Source of the DNA: an uncultured Nitrososphaeraceae archaeon
GTDB taxonomy: Archaea; Thermoproteota; Nitrososphaeria; Nitrososphaerales; Nitrososphaeraceae
Direction: 5' to 3'
Length of the DNA stretch: 64,000 nucleotides
Assembly (NCBI GenBank): GCA_963729045.1
Contig: CAVSMN010000009.1
Span: 128,001 to 192,000, forward strand
Below, piece by piece: positions 1 through 10,923 of the stretch (positions are counted from its first letter, which is position 1; every line of letters starts with the position of its first letter). Under the pieces are notes generated by a model. That model searched no databases. It was not told the origin of the DNA and worked only from the letters and a program-made list of their open reading frames with translations. The position numbers were made by a program, and so were the translations under genes.

Positions 1-911
1 TAGTTAATGCAATCATAACCAGTACCCTGATTAAACCCGTGCAAACCAATCCTAGTCTCATGAGTAGGCAACTTCATCAATATAGATAAAGCAGCACCAA
101 TTGCTGATCCTATTAAGGCCATAACTCCAGCAAGATATAACGGCGAATATTCATTCCATCCTGATGTATACGCATTTGTAAACCAAGCTCTATCTTGAAC
201 ACCAGCTATTGCAGGTGCCAATTCAAATGCCAAAGTCAGACCTACGACCCAGAAAACACCAGTCTTCCAATTCTCCACAAAGGTAACCTGAGATACACCT
301 TTGAGAGTGGCAACGATGAATTCTTTGGCGGTCCATTTGAATTTTTCAGGTGGGAGAGGATTATCACTTCCGGGAATTTTGTCCTCTTTAACAGCAGGAG
401 GTACTTCAGGCCAAACATCATATCCATATCGTTTACTCGCATACATCATAGCCCAAGTAGTGAAGATAAACGAGGATGTAAATCCAGGGATTGCCACAGC
501 ATTAGTAACGCCGGGTGCCTGTGGACTAAATATATCGCCCATAAAATGTGAAAACGCCATCCAAGCTACTGCAGTTATGACTGCTCCAAATATCGAGAGT
601 GTCAATGTCACCCTGTTGGCTTTTACAAATGGTCCAGACCAGAATGCCATTCCGGTTAATATCGAATTATACCCAAACAACCCAAAAGTAACTAGTGTAT
701 AATCGGCACCCAGTAGTAACGCAGTTCCTGCACCAATTAATCCTGCAGCTACCATCATGATACCTGCTTTGCGCGAAGCTAGTAGGACACCTGCAAGAAT
801 AAAAATACCAGTTACCGGCGAACTAATCAAAGGAACTTCAGAGATGCCATTAAACAGTATATAGAAGAAATCTACAAAAGGGTCTCCTGACGAATATGTT
901 GGTACTCCCAT
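1..911 (-). CDS. UT-family (Yut/UreT-type) urea channel, runs off the left edge; probable 1-nt frameshift near 25-27
   Basis: Manual translation from ATG at 911 (MGVPTYSSGDPF...). Two internal homologous halves with UT motifs NGISEVPLISS/KGVSQVTFVENWKTG and GLFGYN/GLHGFN; hydrophobic. Absent from the ORF track because it has no complete stop in the window. Confidence 0.85.
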   Translation of the reverse strand, partial: MGVPTYSSGDPFVDFFYILFNGISEVPLISSPVTGIFILAGVLLASRKAGIMMVAAGLIGAGTALLLGADYTLVTFGLFGYNSILTGMAFWSGPFVKANRVTLTLSIFGAVITAVAWMAFSHFMGDIFSPQAPGVTNAVAIPGFTSSFIFTTWAMMYASKRYGYDVWPEVPPAVKEDKIPGSDNPLPPEKFKWTAKEFIVATLKGVSQVTFVENWKTGVFWVVGLTLAFELAPAIAGVQDRAWFTNAYTSGWNEYSPLYLAGVMALIGSAIGAALSILMKLPTHETRIGLHGFNQGTGYDCIN

Positions 912-994
912 ACAAGGATTTTGTACAGGTATAGTTTAACGATTTGTATTAAATATCAGTTTATTAATCAAGTAAAACCCATTAATCTCATAAT

Positions 995-1810
995 TTAGTT
1001 TAGCAATAATACGGGTTTGTTTGATTCAGAAAGAATTTTCCTTGTTACATGCCCAAGATCATCAGAATTTCCTAACCCTATTGTTCCAAGAACTATGAAG
1101 TCTACATTTAAGTCATTGGCAGTTTTAATAATTTTGTTAGCAGGATCCCCTATTTTCACAACTCTTTCACATCTTTTAGAATTCTTTATAAGGATACTAG
1201 ATAACATTTGTCGTCCTTCTTTCTCGACTCTTTTAATTAGCTCAGTATCGTACTCAGTATTTTGTTCGTAGTCATCAGGCCATTCAATTATATGTACCAC
1301 ATAAATTATAGAGTCAGCTTGGAAAGCATGACTAGCATAATCTAATGCTCTTATTGAAGACATGGAACCATCAACAGCGACTAGAATTCGCTTAAAACTT
1401 GTATTGATAGGGTTTTCAGAGGGATTGTTTTTGGGTATAGAAAACCTATGGTCATAATTTCTAATTTGAAACTTTGATCTGATAATAAATAGAAGATTTG
1501 ATAAAACAATTGAAATTTCTCGTTTTGATTCAATAATCGGTTTTACTATAAGAAAACAAGCTGCAGATATCGTCCAGACAATACTTAGTAATATCCAAAA
1601 CAAGAAAAACTCGTAGGAAAATATATACCCAGAGAAAAACAATGGTAATGGCCAGATCACAACCAAAATGAGTGTAAAAAAGATTCCGTATTTGTACCCA
1701 AATATAGTTCTCTTCTTTAATAACGATTCATCATTATCTTCTTTTATCAAAGATCTGATTCTTTCCTCTACAACTACGATCCGCTGTTTCGTAATGTTGA
1801 AATTAAAGTT
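995..1810 (-). pseudogene. C-terminal remnant of a DUR3/SSS urea active transporter fused to a universal stress protein (USP) domain
   Basis: TLILVVIWPLPLFFSGYIFSYEFF...W...PIIES resembles the last two TM helices of DUR3; KRILVAVDGS...GDPANKI...IVLGTIG...PVLL is USP. The frame is open only back to a TAG at ~1811-1813. Confidence 0.7.
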
Positions 1811-1855
1811 CTAAACTATAAATAATTAGATCAATTATTTCGTAATATTAAATCA

Positions 1856-2395
1856 ATGATAGATTCCATAGACGAGTTAATTCTTTCTGCTTTGAGTAGG
1901 GATGCCAAACAGGATTTGAATGAAATTTGGGATTTTTTAAGGAATTATGGACATAATTTAAGTTTGGAGGAGATAGATTCTCGCATAAAAACACTTGAAG
2001 ATGAAAAAATAATTTCAAGATATACAATTTCTATTGACACCAAAAAAGTACGACATAGAATAATTAGAGTAGTTTTGGTAACTTTTAGGCCCTCACAGCA
2101 CCTGGCAAGTCGAATAGAAGGATTAAAGAAGTACCTTCAGGACGCCCCGTTTGTCTTATTTTCAGGAAAAACAAGAGGTGGATATGACTGGATCACAATT
2201 CAAGTATTTTCATCGCCCGAAGTTGCTGACGAGGAGAGCGATATTTATAGAAACTTGTTTGGAGATATAATCCAAACTTACGAAGTATATGATTTTTCTC
2301 CAATAAAGGAACCTACATTTAACGCTTTTACCTATACAGATAAAGAATATAAAAAATTCTTGAATGAATGGATGCCTCCATTTCTTGGAAGATAA
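1856..2395 (+). CDS. Lrp/AsnC family transcriptional regulator
   Basis: IDSIDELILSALSRDAK...RIKTLEDEKIISRYTISID HTH; RAM-like C-terminus with TRGGYDW. Confidence 0.85.
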   Translation: MIDSIDELILSALSRDAKQDLNEIWDFLRNYGHNLSLEEIDSRIKTLEDEKIISRYTISIDTKKVRHRIIRVVLVTFRPSQHLASRIEGLKKYLQDAPFVLFSGKTRGGYDWITIQVFSSPEVADEESDIYRNLFGDIIQTYEVYDFSPIKEPTFNAFTYTDKEYKKFLNEWMPPFLGR

Positions 2396-2418
2396 TAGAA
2401 GATAGAAGATTCAAATAA

Positions 2419-3324
2419 TTATTTCGGATTATTTAGATATCTTGCAGGTTTAGCTATTTTCAAGTTTTTAAATCTAATTGTATCATCGATTAACGAGTGA
2501 ATTTTAAGACGCAAGTCCATCAAAAAGCTTAAGATATCTGTACTTTGATTTGGTTCAAAATTTAGCTGAACTTCCTCTATTATACTATCTAGTCTAGCAA
2601 GAGTAATTTTTAATGCAAGGGAAGTTTTCTTTGTTATTTTGAGTGTTTTTATATTCTTAAAATTAATATTTTCGTTTGCAATTAATTCCAAGTCGTCACC
2701 TGAAATACCTTGTTTGGAAAATACAGCTTTTACTTCTCTAATTTGTCGAATAGTTAATTCATTTTCTATAATATGATCTGTAAAATGAATAATATCATTT
2801 GGTGAAAAAGTAGTTAATTCCAAGGCTTGGCTTACACTCAATTTGTTTAGCATTATTTTTTCTTTGACATCCTGTGGAAGTTTTAAAAGTTGAATCCTGT
2901 GTGAAACATACTCCTCACTTTTACCTATTTTTTTAGCCAGTTCTGTAACACCTCCCCAGCCCAGGTCTTGGACATATTTCCTAAAAGCCTCTGCTTCCTC
3001 AAGTGCACTCATCGATTTTCTCTGAATGTTTTCCGTTAATTGAATTTCAAATGCTTGTTTGTCATTCATTTCCCTTATTTTGCATGGAATATGACGCCAC
3101 CTAAGGGATTTGCATGCATAAAAGCGTCTATGACCAGCAACTATTTCAAAGTTATTTTGATATGGACGTATCAAAATGGGTTGTAGTAACCCATGCTCTT
3201 TGATACTCGAAACGAGTGATTCTACTTCTTGATAATCATTAAATTTATCTCTAATTGAAAACTGTGATGGGCGAATCATTTTTATCTCTATATGTTCCAC
3301 TATACTGGTATCGAATGCATGCAT
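2419..3324 (-). CDS. ParB/Spo0J-family protein
   Basis: SIKEHGLLQPILIR...IVAGHRRFYA...ENIQRKSMSALEEA, then HTH (ELAKKIGKSEEYVSHRIQLLKLP). Confidence 0.9.
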   Translation of the reverse strand: MHAFDTSIVEHIEIKMIRPSQFSIRDKFNDYQEVESLVSSIKEHGLLQPILIRPYQNNFEIVAGHRRFYACKSLRWRHIPCKIREMNDKQAFEIQLTENIQRKSMSALEEAEAFRKYVQDLGWGGVTELAKKIGKSEEYVSHRIQLLKLPQDVKEKIMLNKLSVSQALELTTFSPNDIIHFTDHIIENELTIRQIREVKAVFSKQGISGDDLELIANENINFKNIKTLKITKKTSLALKITLARLDSIIEEVQLNFEPNQSTDILSFLMDLRLKIHSLIDDTIRFKNLKIAKPARYLNNPK

Positions 3325-3842
3325 AAATTAAATAAAATAGTCTAATACTTATACGTTTTCATCTCATCTCTTGAAATCTTATACAAAATTTAAATAAAAT
3401 TGTAAATATCATAATTTAATAATTCATGCTATAAATTATCTTTATATCACATTTATGTTAGTATATTAATTAAACCTTCGATAAATAGTGTTTTGATTAT
3501 TTTAGAAATGTCTTTGCAAAGTCCAATTCGATATGAAAAAGATGAATGTTTCCTTTATAACTAAAACAATCAAACATTTAGTTTGATTCTCGATATCTTG
3601 TATTTCCTCTTTTTTAAAAGAATTCAAAAAGGACATTACAATTTCGCATATTCCCATGGGAACATGTATTCTGTTTCTTTTAATAAAAGACAAAGACCAT
3701 AAAATCTACATGCAATGATGCAGAAAAGGTCTCCTTGTGTGACGGATGAATAAATTAGATAAATAAAACTCAAGATGCATCAATCCACCTTTTTGCACAA
3801 TATTCCTAACATCATCATGTACTGTAGGATAGTCAGTTCCAA

Positions 3843-4945
3843 CTAGGCAGGCAGGAAGAAGAAACCTACAGCAATGATAACATATACAACTGTCACCGTA
3901 ACTCCTTCTAACCAATTAATGATTCCATCACGAGATATGTAGCCTATTATCATTATTCCTAATAATATGCTGATGAGCTCAAATAAAGTAAAATCTAGAG
4001 TAAAGTGATGACCCGATATAATCCCAATTATAACTAAAAGTGGCACTACAAACAAGGCAAGTTGAGTTCCCGAACCGATTCCTATATTTAGAGCTAGATT
4101 CATTTTTCCCTTTAGTGCGAAAGCGATAGCACTTGAATGTTCGGCGGCGTTTCCCACTATACCTACTGTTACCGCACCTATGAATAATTCAGTTAATCCT
4201 AATTTTTGCCCCACTGCTTCCACAGAATCAACCATTATTCCACTTACAATTGCTATTCCTGCTACAGCAAGCAAAAGATACAATAAGGATCTTTTTTTAC
4301 TCCATCTTTGCTTTTTACTATTTTCTTACTCACTATCTTTTTCTTCTTTACTAGTAGAAGATAGAACTGGTTTTTGTAATTTCAAAGTAAATATAATGCT
4401 AGCAATATAAATTCCAAGTAAAAAAGCCACTACGTCGCTAGCCAGCTACAAGTTCAATGGGTTTTCATTATTTGTTTGTAACAAGTAAGAAACCGAGATA
4501 ACAGTTGGTATAGTTAGTCCTACCACGGACAACAATAGCAAAGTCGATTGTAAACCTACCCCTTCCTTATCAAATCGCTGTTCTCTAAACCTAAAAGCAC
4601 TTATCGCACTGCTTAAACCAGGAATGAGCAGGATGTTAGCAAGTATACCACCTATCATTGTACCTTTGAAGAGATCAAAAAGGCCCTCGTTGATAGACAC
4701 TATTCCAACAATAATCTCAGTCGAATTTCCAAGAGTTACCATTAATAAGGAACCAATTGTTATCCCGTAATACAAAGGCTTTCAGTAGAATCACCAATCA
4801 TCTTTGAGAGTGGAATTAATGCTATCGCAGAAACAATAAATTGGATCATAATATCCGCATTAATTAATCGCAAAACAATAGCAATTGGAATAAATACAAG
4901 AAATATGTATAATAATGAAGACTTTTTCCCTTTTTTGAATTTCAA
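3843..4945 (-). pseudogene. Ca2+/H+ antiporter (CAX/ChaA), disrupted
   Basis: Alpha-repeat motifs TLGNSTE and IVGNAAEH; one frameshift (~4770) and two in-frame stops (TAG 4446-4448, TAA 4326-4328). Confidence 0.85.
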
Positions 4946-5138
4946 ACCCCATCTCCTGAATTTGAGTATTTAGCTCTAATACTTAGAGATCAAGGATTAA
5001 GGTTCATCTGAGATCTTAAATCCATCACTTGTTATTATATTTTCAATGTGATAAGATCTTACTGCTACTAAAAACAGAAATCTAAAAATTGTTTTAGACT
5101 ATTCAAATATAATTTGATCGATCAAATTATATTGAAAT

Positions 5139-5576
5139 TCATTGCCCAAACGGCGGGGTTAGTGGATAGATACCAACCTGGTCTGAATATGCTGGCTTTG
5201 GATCCTTATCATCTTTTGGTTCCATAGTAACAAACAGATCAGTATATGTGTATGGATAAACTTGTGTAGATTCTAAACCAAAAGTTCCATCCTCCTTCAC
5301 CATGCCAACAGTCAACGGATATTGAGATGCACCGTAGTTTCCATCATAAAGCCATACTTCAAAAACTTTACCTTCTGGGGGATCGTAGTTCACCACTCCT
5401 TCTATATCTAGTGAGTGACCATCGGATTTGATATCTACCAACCCGAATACATCAGCTTGACGCCCAACTATTATTCCGGATTGATCAGTGGTTAGAGCGT
5501 AGCCGTTTGTTACATAGACTACGCCAATTAACAATGCTATAGACATATATAATATGGTTATTCTTAGCGAAAACAT
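5139..5576 (-). CDS. Exported protein with an anti-sigma (RskA C-terminal)-like domain
   Basis: Signal peptide; VFEVWL...VG...DLFVTMEP pattern. Confidence 0.55.
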   Translation of the reverse strand: MFSLRITILYMSIALLIGVVYVTNGYALTTDQSGIIVGRQADVFGLVDIKSDGHSLDIEGVVNYDPPEGKVFEVWLYDGNYGASQYPLTVGMVKEDGTFGLESTQVYPYTYTDLFVTMEPKDDKDPKPAYSDQVGIYPLTPPFGQ

Positions 5577-5833
5577 CTACCGACTAATAAATGGTTCTTG
5601 TATATAAAGATTGAAGGGTGTTTCAAACTTATCTATTTTTCTAATTTAGAAGACCAAAAAGAGTATTAATCGTATTAATAGTAACTATCATTTTACATTC
5701 ATATTATACAACAACAAACTATACTCAACATGATATCAAAATAATAAAAGGTATTTGCATAATTTGATAGGGTTTTTTCTTGTGAATATATACTAGAATT
5801 AAGACATTTATACTTGTTCTTGTAAGAGGAGTT

Positions 5834-6265
5834 ATGAAATCATACAGTCGTAATACAAAAAAAGCAGGGATCGCTTTTAGTATTGCCATTTTAACAGTAT
5901 CCATAATGCTAGGCAATGGTGATATGTTATATCAAAATAAAGCAGTAGCACAAGTTGATAATTCCACTGTTATTCAAGAATTTAATGGAAAGCTTGACCA
6001 AATACAGACAAAATTTAGAGAGTTTGTCGAACAGAATAAGATCAATACAACGTCACTAACTTTACCCAATAGCAGTAGTATATCCGAAGCTTTACAAAAA
6101 TTAAATTCAACTAAAATACTTGAAGAAGTATCTAATGCATTTAACAAAGCTTTAAGCGAAGCAGGGATTACAAATACAACTGAAGGGATGAAGGATAAAT
6201 ATGGTGGAGATTTATCCAAGCTCGTTCAAAAGTTTGAAGAGATAAAAGGTAACTCAACAAATTAG
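5834..6265 (+). CDS. Secreted hypothetical protein
   Basis: Signal peptide ending AVAQ; helical body with several N-x-S/T sequons. Confidence 0.65.
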   Translation: MKSYSRNTKKAGIAFSIAILTVSIMLGNGDMLYQNKAVAQVDNSTVIQEFNGKLDQIQTKFREFVEQNKINTTSLTLPNSSSISEALQKLNSTKILEEVSNAFNKALSEAGITNTTEGMKDKYGGDLSKLVQKFEEIKGNSTN

Positions 6266-6808
6266 TCTTCAAAACTCTTTTTAAAAAATATTTGAGTATA
6301 TTATATTTTATTATAATAAAGTACTCGTTTGTTTAATTAAGTAAATAGTAGTTCTAGAATATAGTGTTAATATTAAGTAGATGATAATAAACTATTTACT
6401 TTTTAAAACTTGCCAATATTTTTATAAACATGTCATGGATTTTTTGGACTCAATATTTGAGAATAGATCAATGAAAAATGCTTGAATTCTTTCATATAAC
6501 TAGGAAAACAGAAAATCTTCACAGAATATGTCGTTACTAGTAGTATTACTACCATCGTTATAAATCAATTTTTTTAGACATTCCAGGTATTGACCATTAG
6601 TCAAAAAAATAAAGGTTCTTAGCTATTTATAATCGGATAAATTGACGCTTTTCTTATTGATCGTGTCATTGTCTATCATGTAGACATATGGTTTTTTATT
6701 TTATTTTATTTTAAACTTGAGGAAAGACTTGATTAATCAATTGTCCTAAATGATCGGATTTGGGCTTATTCATTACTCTAATATTATCAATTGATGGAAA
6801 GAATTTGA

Positions 6809-7394
6809 TTATGCATTCTTAAGACGCTTTTGGTAGCTTATTCTCAATATTAGAAATACTGGTGAAATAGAAATTGGAATTATAACAGCAATATCATAAG
6901 ATAGAAAAGATACGATCAGAGTTATAGTGTATACGATAGGGATCACACTAACCTGAATCAAGAAATATCGGGCTTTATGACCTAAAGTCTTGTGTGTTTT
7001 AATAATACTCACCAATGTAATTAAAAGTAGTCCAGCCAAGATTTGAACAATACAAGAAAAAATCAAGGCATTTTCATTTCCTAATTGCAAGAGCCCTATT
7101 AGAGAAACAGGAGTAAGAGTTACCGTTACCAAAAATATTAGAGAAATGAAAATGGTGACATCTTCCAAGTTCTCTGTATAGTCTAAAAGTAGAGTAAATC
7201 TTGACCAGTAAAAAAATACAACTATAAAGCTGCATATGTATGCTACAAGAGCATGGAAAAATACATCTGAATCAAAAAAACCCCGGTTCGGAAGTTGCTA
7301 TAGTGGCAAGATTATAAACAAGCAGTACAACACCTACAATCAGCACTGAATCACTGAATGACCTTAGCCTGTCAGTTGTAAGGAATCCTTTCAT
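6809..7394 (-). CDS. TMEM175 (DUF1211) family K+ channel-like protein, frameshifted in a T7 run
   Basis: ATG 7394 gives MKGFLTTDRLRSFSDSVLIV (RxxxFSD motif); removing one base from the run at 7274-7280 joins it to ORF 6809..7168. Confidence 0.75.
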
Positions 7395-7714
7395 TGCCCT
7401 GTCAATATCATGTTATGAACTTATTATAATCATAATTGTAAGTTGTATCATTAGGTTTTCAAAAATTTGAAATTGAATTAGTAGATCTTTTTGCTCAATA
7501 GCTGAAGTTAAGTGAAATATTGTTACTAGTTCCTGTTGAATCTTAAGGAAAAGTTTTCATTATTTCATACTTTTGCCTTGCTAATAAAATATTTCTTGAC
7601 ATATTTAGAATAAAAGGATATAATTTGTTGTATCAAAATCCACTAACAAATAGAATTTTATGAATTTCTTTTTACATATTGTTATCGACAAGCCTAAGAC
7701 AAGTCACATTGTTT

Positions 7715-8683
7715 TCATACTTGTCTTAGACGAGATGCTATATTTGGTATCAAAATACCAAACAAGTAAGCCAAACTTACACCTAACAATGTTCCTAACA
7801 CTCTTTCATCAAAGTGATATTCAATATTAGTAGATGTCGGATCACCGTACAGCACTGACCAAAAAACCAAAAAGGTTGTAAATGCAGGTGAGATATACCA
7901 ACGACTTGAAATTGTAGCTGATGCTGTAATTAATGAAACTGCACAAAGGGATGCGATAGCAATTGGTGGTAGACTTTGACTCAAGAGCCAAGAGGCTATC
8001 AGAGCGCCCACAAACACTGAAATTGCACGCCCTACGCTCCGCAATTTCTGGATATCTTTGCGTGGTCGCATCACAAACAATGCGGCTCCAACAAGCCAAC
8101 CAATATGATCAAATCCTAATGCAAAGCCTATAGTAGTTGCTGTAGCAGCCATCAAGCCCAGTCGTAAGCCATAATTTCTCGACTGTACGCGACTCATTAA
8201 TGGTATCTCAGAAGGTTGTTGTGGTTTATGCTCTTTAAAACATAAGGACCATCCATAAGCAACAACAGAGCCTATGATATAGAGCAACGCTAGTGGGATT
8301 GAATTAGCAAGTCCTTGATAACTGAGTCCAACGCCTGCAAGTGGCAAACAGATTGTTAATGCTACGGTACCGAATGATCTTCTAGATAAAAGTAGTGCTG
8401 CACCAAATGCTAGCAAGAACATACCCGGGATTGCAACTATGGCCCATTGTGCCATAAATGAACCCAACATTAAGAATACGCCTATAAGTATTCCAACAAC
8501 AATTATCTTTCGACGCTGTTTACGTGTTGGAGGTAGACCCATAATTGAAGCAGGTAATGCCCCAAGAAGCAATGACAATCCCGCTTCGACATGACCGGTG
8601 GCGATAATTATTACAGGAATAGCCGCGATCACAGCGGTAAAACGAGCATTACGCCAACTCCATACGAGATTGTTACTTTTCAT
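7715..8683 (-). CDS. FUSC-family membrane protein
   Basis: Hydrophobic; HIGW...VMRP...R...GALIA and ERVLGTLLG motifs. Confidence 0.75.
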   Translation of the reverse strand: MKSNNLVWSWRNARFTAVIAAIPVIIIATGHVEAGLSLLLGALPASIMGLPPTRKQRRKIIVVGILIGVFLMLGSFMAQWAIVAIPGMFLLAFGAALLLSRRSFGTVALTICLPLAGVGLSYQGLANSIPLALLYIIGSVVAYGWSLCFKEHKPQQPSEIPLMSRVQSRNYGLRLGLMAATATTIGFALGFDHIGWLVGAALFVMRPRKDIQKLRSVGRAISVFVGALIASWLLSQSLPPIAIASLCAVSLITASATISSRWYISPAFTTFLVFWSVLYGDPTSTNIEYHFDERVLGTLLGVSLAYLFGILIPNIASRLRQV

Positions 8684-9026
8684 TGCCGCTGCTTCTTTCT
8701 AAAAATTATATTTATTATAGATTGCTTGCTATAACTTATGTTTAATGCGATTTATAATAGACGTCTTGGTTTATCATCTCAACGATTAATCCCAAACATG
8801 AAATCAATATTTAACAAGGTCTTTAGATCATGTTTTTGTAGGATTTTCCAATCATAAACTATCAATGACGACTTTTTAATTATCATACTATCCAACTTTA
8901 ATCACATAATTTAATCATCATAAAGCATTTTTGTTTAATTTCATTTCTGTTTGTTAGGAAAAAAATATAGATCTATAACAATTTACTACGTTAAAGTTAA
9001 TATACAATACTGATTTTAATACTTCA

Positions 9027-9748
9027 ATGAAAATTAATACCATCTTTTTGTTGACTGTTGTTGGAGTGTTTGCAACTTTTTCATTATTTACAATGTCGAC
9101 CACCACCAACTTCAATGCAGCATTGCTCAATCTAATGAAACGGCAGTTGCTCCATCTAATGAAACGGCAGTTGCTCCATCTAATGAAACGGCAGTTGCTC
9201 CATCTAATGAAACGGCAGTTGCTCCATCTAATGAAACGGCAGTTGCTCCATCTAATGAAACGGCAGTTGCTCCATCTAATGAAACGGCAGTTGCTCCATC
9301 TAATGAAACGGCAGTTGCTCCATCTAATGAAACGGATAGCAACCCAGATTTCTATGCAAATTTCACAAATCCAGTTATGGTTTCGAATTCTGCTGCAACA
9401 GGTAATGCAACCTTTACTCTTGGAGACGGCTCAACTACGATGTACTTTGTAATTACCGGGAACGGACTCGGGAACATTACTCAAGCTGTTATATTACAGA
9501 GTACAGGTGGCCGTACTACAGATTTGGTTCCGCTTTATTATGCACCAACTTCGGGATTAATTACCACAGGTTCTGGAACTGCTGATGGGAATTTCACATC
9601 TGCTAATTTCGTGGACGGACTTAAAGGAAAACCAATGTCAGATTTGGTCAAAAAAATTCTTGATGGAGAGATATATCTTGCAATAAAGACAGTTGATTTT
9701 CCACTTGGTGAAATTGCAGGAAAACTAGTAACCAGTAAAGTGAGATAA
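9027..9748 (+). CDS. Secreted CHRD-domain protein with (APSNETAV)n linker; 1-nt frameshift at ~9123
   Basis: Adding one T gives ...AAFAQSNETAVAPSNETAV..., in frame with ORF 9377..9748, which ends in CHRD-like ATGNATF...GEIYLAIKTVDFPLGEIAGKL. Confidence 0.75.
9123..9335 (+). repeat. 24-bp tandem repeat, ~9 copies (gctccatctaatgaaacggcagtt)
   Basis: Read directly; tctaatgaaacgg recurs every 24 nt from 9131 to 9323. Confidence 0.97.
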
Positions 9749-10353
9749 ACTCCAAACATTTTTTTTAATTATTTGCAATTTGAGAATATCAGGTACATAA
9801 TGCAGCTCTTTTGCAAATGATATCGATATAAATTTCTATGATTATTTTTTTATTATGATCTTGATTTAATATCGATTTTATTCTTTCATGATTCAGACTA
9901 AATCCCCATATTTATGAGGACATGACTCAACAAACGGTTATACTCACTAAAGAAAAAGAGTTGCTGGTTTTCATTCTTTAGAACCAGATTTGAAAGAATG
10001 TATTAATGTTGCAAAGTTTAATATTAGTTTATCTTGATAAAAAAAGATTTGAAACATTCAAGAATCATTTGAAGCTAGTCTTAGGAAATGTTTTTGTTTT
10101 TTTTGGAATAATTAATGGTCAGAATCTCATCATTTAATGGAAAATAAATACACATGATATAATAGTAAAACAAACTAATTCTAAATATTATTTCAAATTT
10201 GGTTGGGCTTAAAGTAAGTGAATGTATGAATAAATAAAATGAGATAGGTTATTTGTTCATTAATTTCGAAGAAAAGAAATTAAATTGAAATTAAAGGTGA
10301 TTAAGTGAGTTTACACCCACTAAATCACTTCTAATTTTGTCTTTTTGGCAATA

Positions 10354-10923
10354 CTAGCCTTTTGTTGGTTTTGGTAATGACAGCCTCGAACCAGTGACAC
10401 CAGCGACAATGATTTGGATACCGACTATCAGTAGTGCTATAGATATCAATATACCTGCTATAACAGCACCCCATATTGGAGACACCATTATTAGTATGGC
10501 TATTATGATGCTGAATATACCTGCTATGATACCGAATACTCTTGATCCTCCATGCATGGATCTGCCAGCCAAGCTATGAACTATTCTAGCTATACCGTCA
10601 CAGAACAGTGCAATAGCAAGTACAAACAGCAAGAATACAGTAGAGCCTAGAGGATATGCCACAACAATACCTGCAACTATAAGGACAATAATCCCAAGAC
10701 CGATTGTACCCCACCTAGATGATCCCGGAGCTGGACTGAAAATTCCGATTAAAATTCTTTCAATTCCTACAAATATCAAAACTATGCCAAGTATATAAAC
10801 AACAGTGAAAGTTGTGATTGCAGGGAAAAATAGAGCTATCATTGATCCGACAACAGCTATTATTCCTAAAACAATCTGTACTGCACGCATCCATCCTGGA
10901 GACTTTGTTTCAGATAACGTCAT
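10354..10923 (-). CDS. HdeD/DUF308 family membrane protein
   Basis: Repeated GIIA...P...G..LI..GI..I TM hairpins. Confidence 0.85.
   Translation of the reverse strand: MTLSETKSPGWMRAVQIVLGIIAVVGSMIALFFPAITTFTVVYILGIVLIFVGIERILIGIFSPAPGSSRWGTIGLGIIVLIVAGIVVAYPLGSTVFLLFVLAIALFCDGIARIVHSLAGRSMHGGSRVFGIIAGIFSIIIAILIMVSPIWGAVIAGILISIALLIVGIQIIVAGVTGSRLSLPKPTKG

Noticed and set aside
195..702. ORFs 195..551, 301..702 and 242..442
   Set aside because: Antisense or out-of-frame shadows of the urea channel gene.
9123..9335. CRISPR array
   Set aside because: Head-to-tail units with no spacers, a period divisible by 3, inside a coding region, and no cas genes.
9027..9452. Protein with (LLHLMKRQ)n repeats, and antisense (SLDGATAV)n
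   Set aside because: Wrong-frame readings; the APSNETAV frame connects the signal peptide to the CHRD domain.
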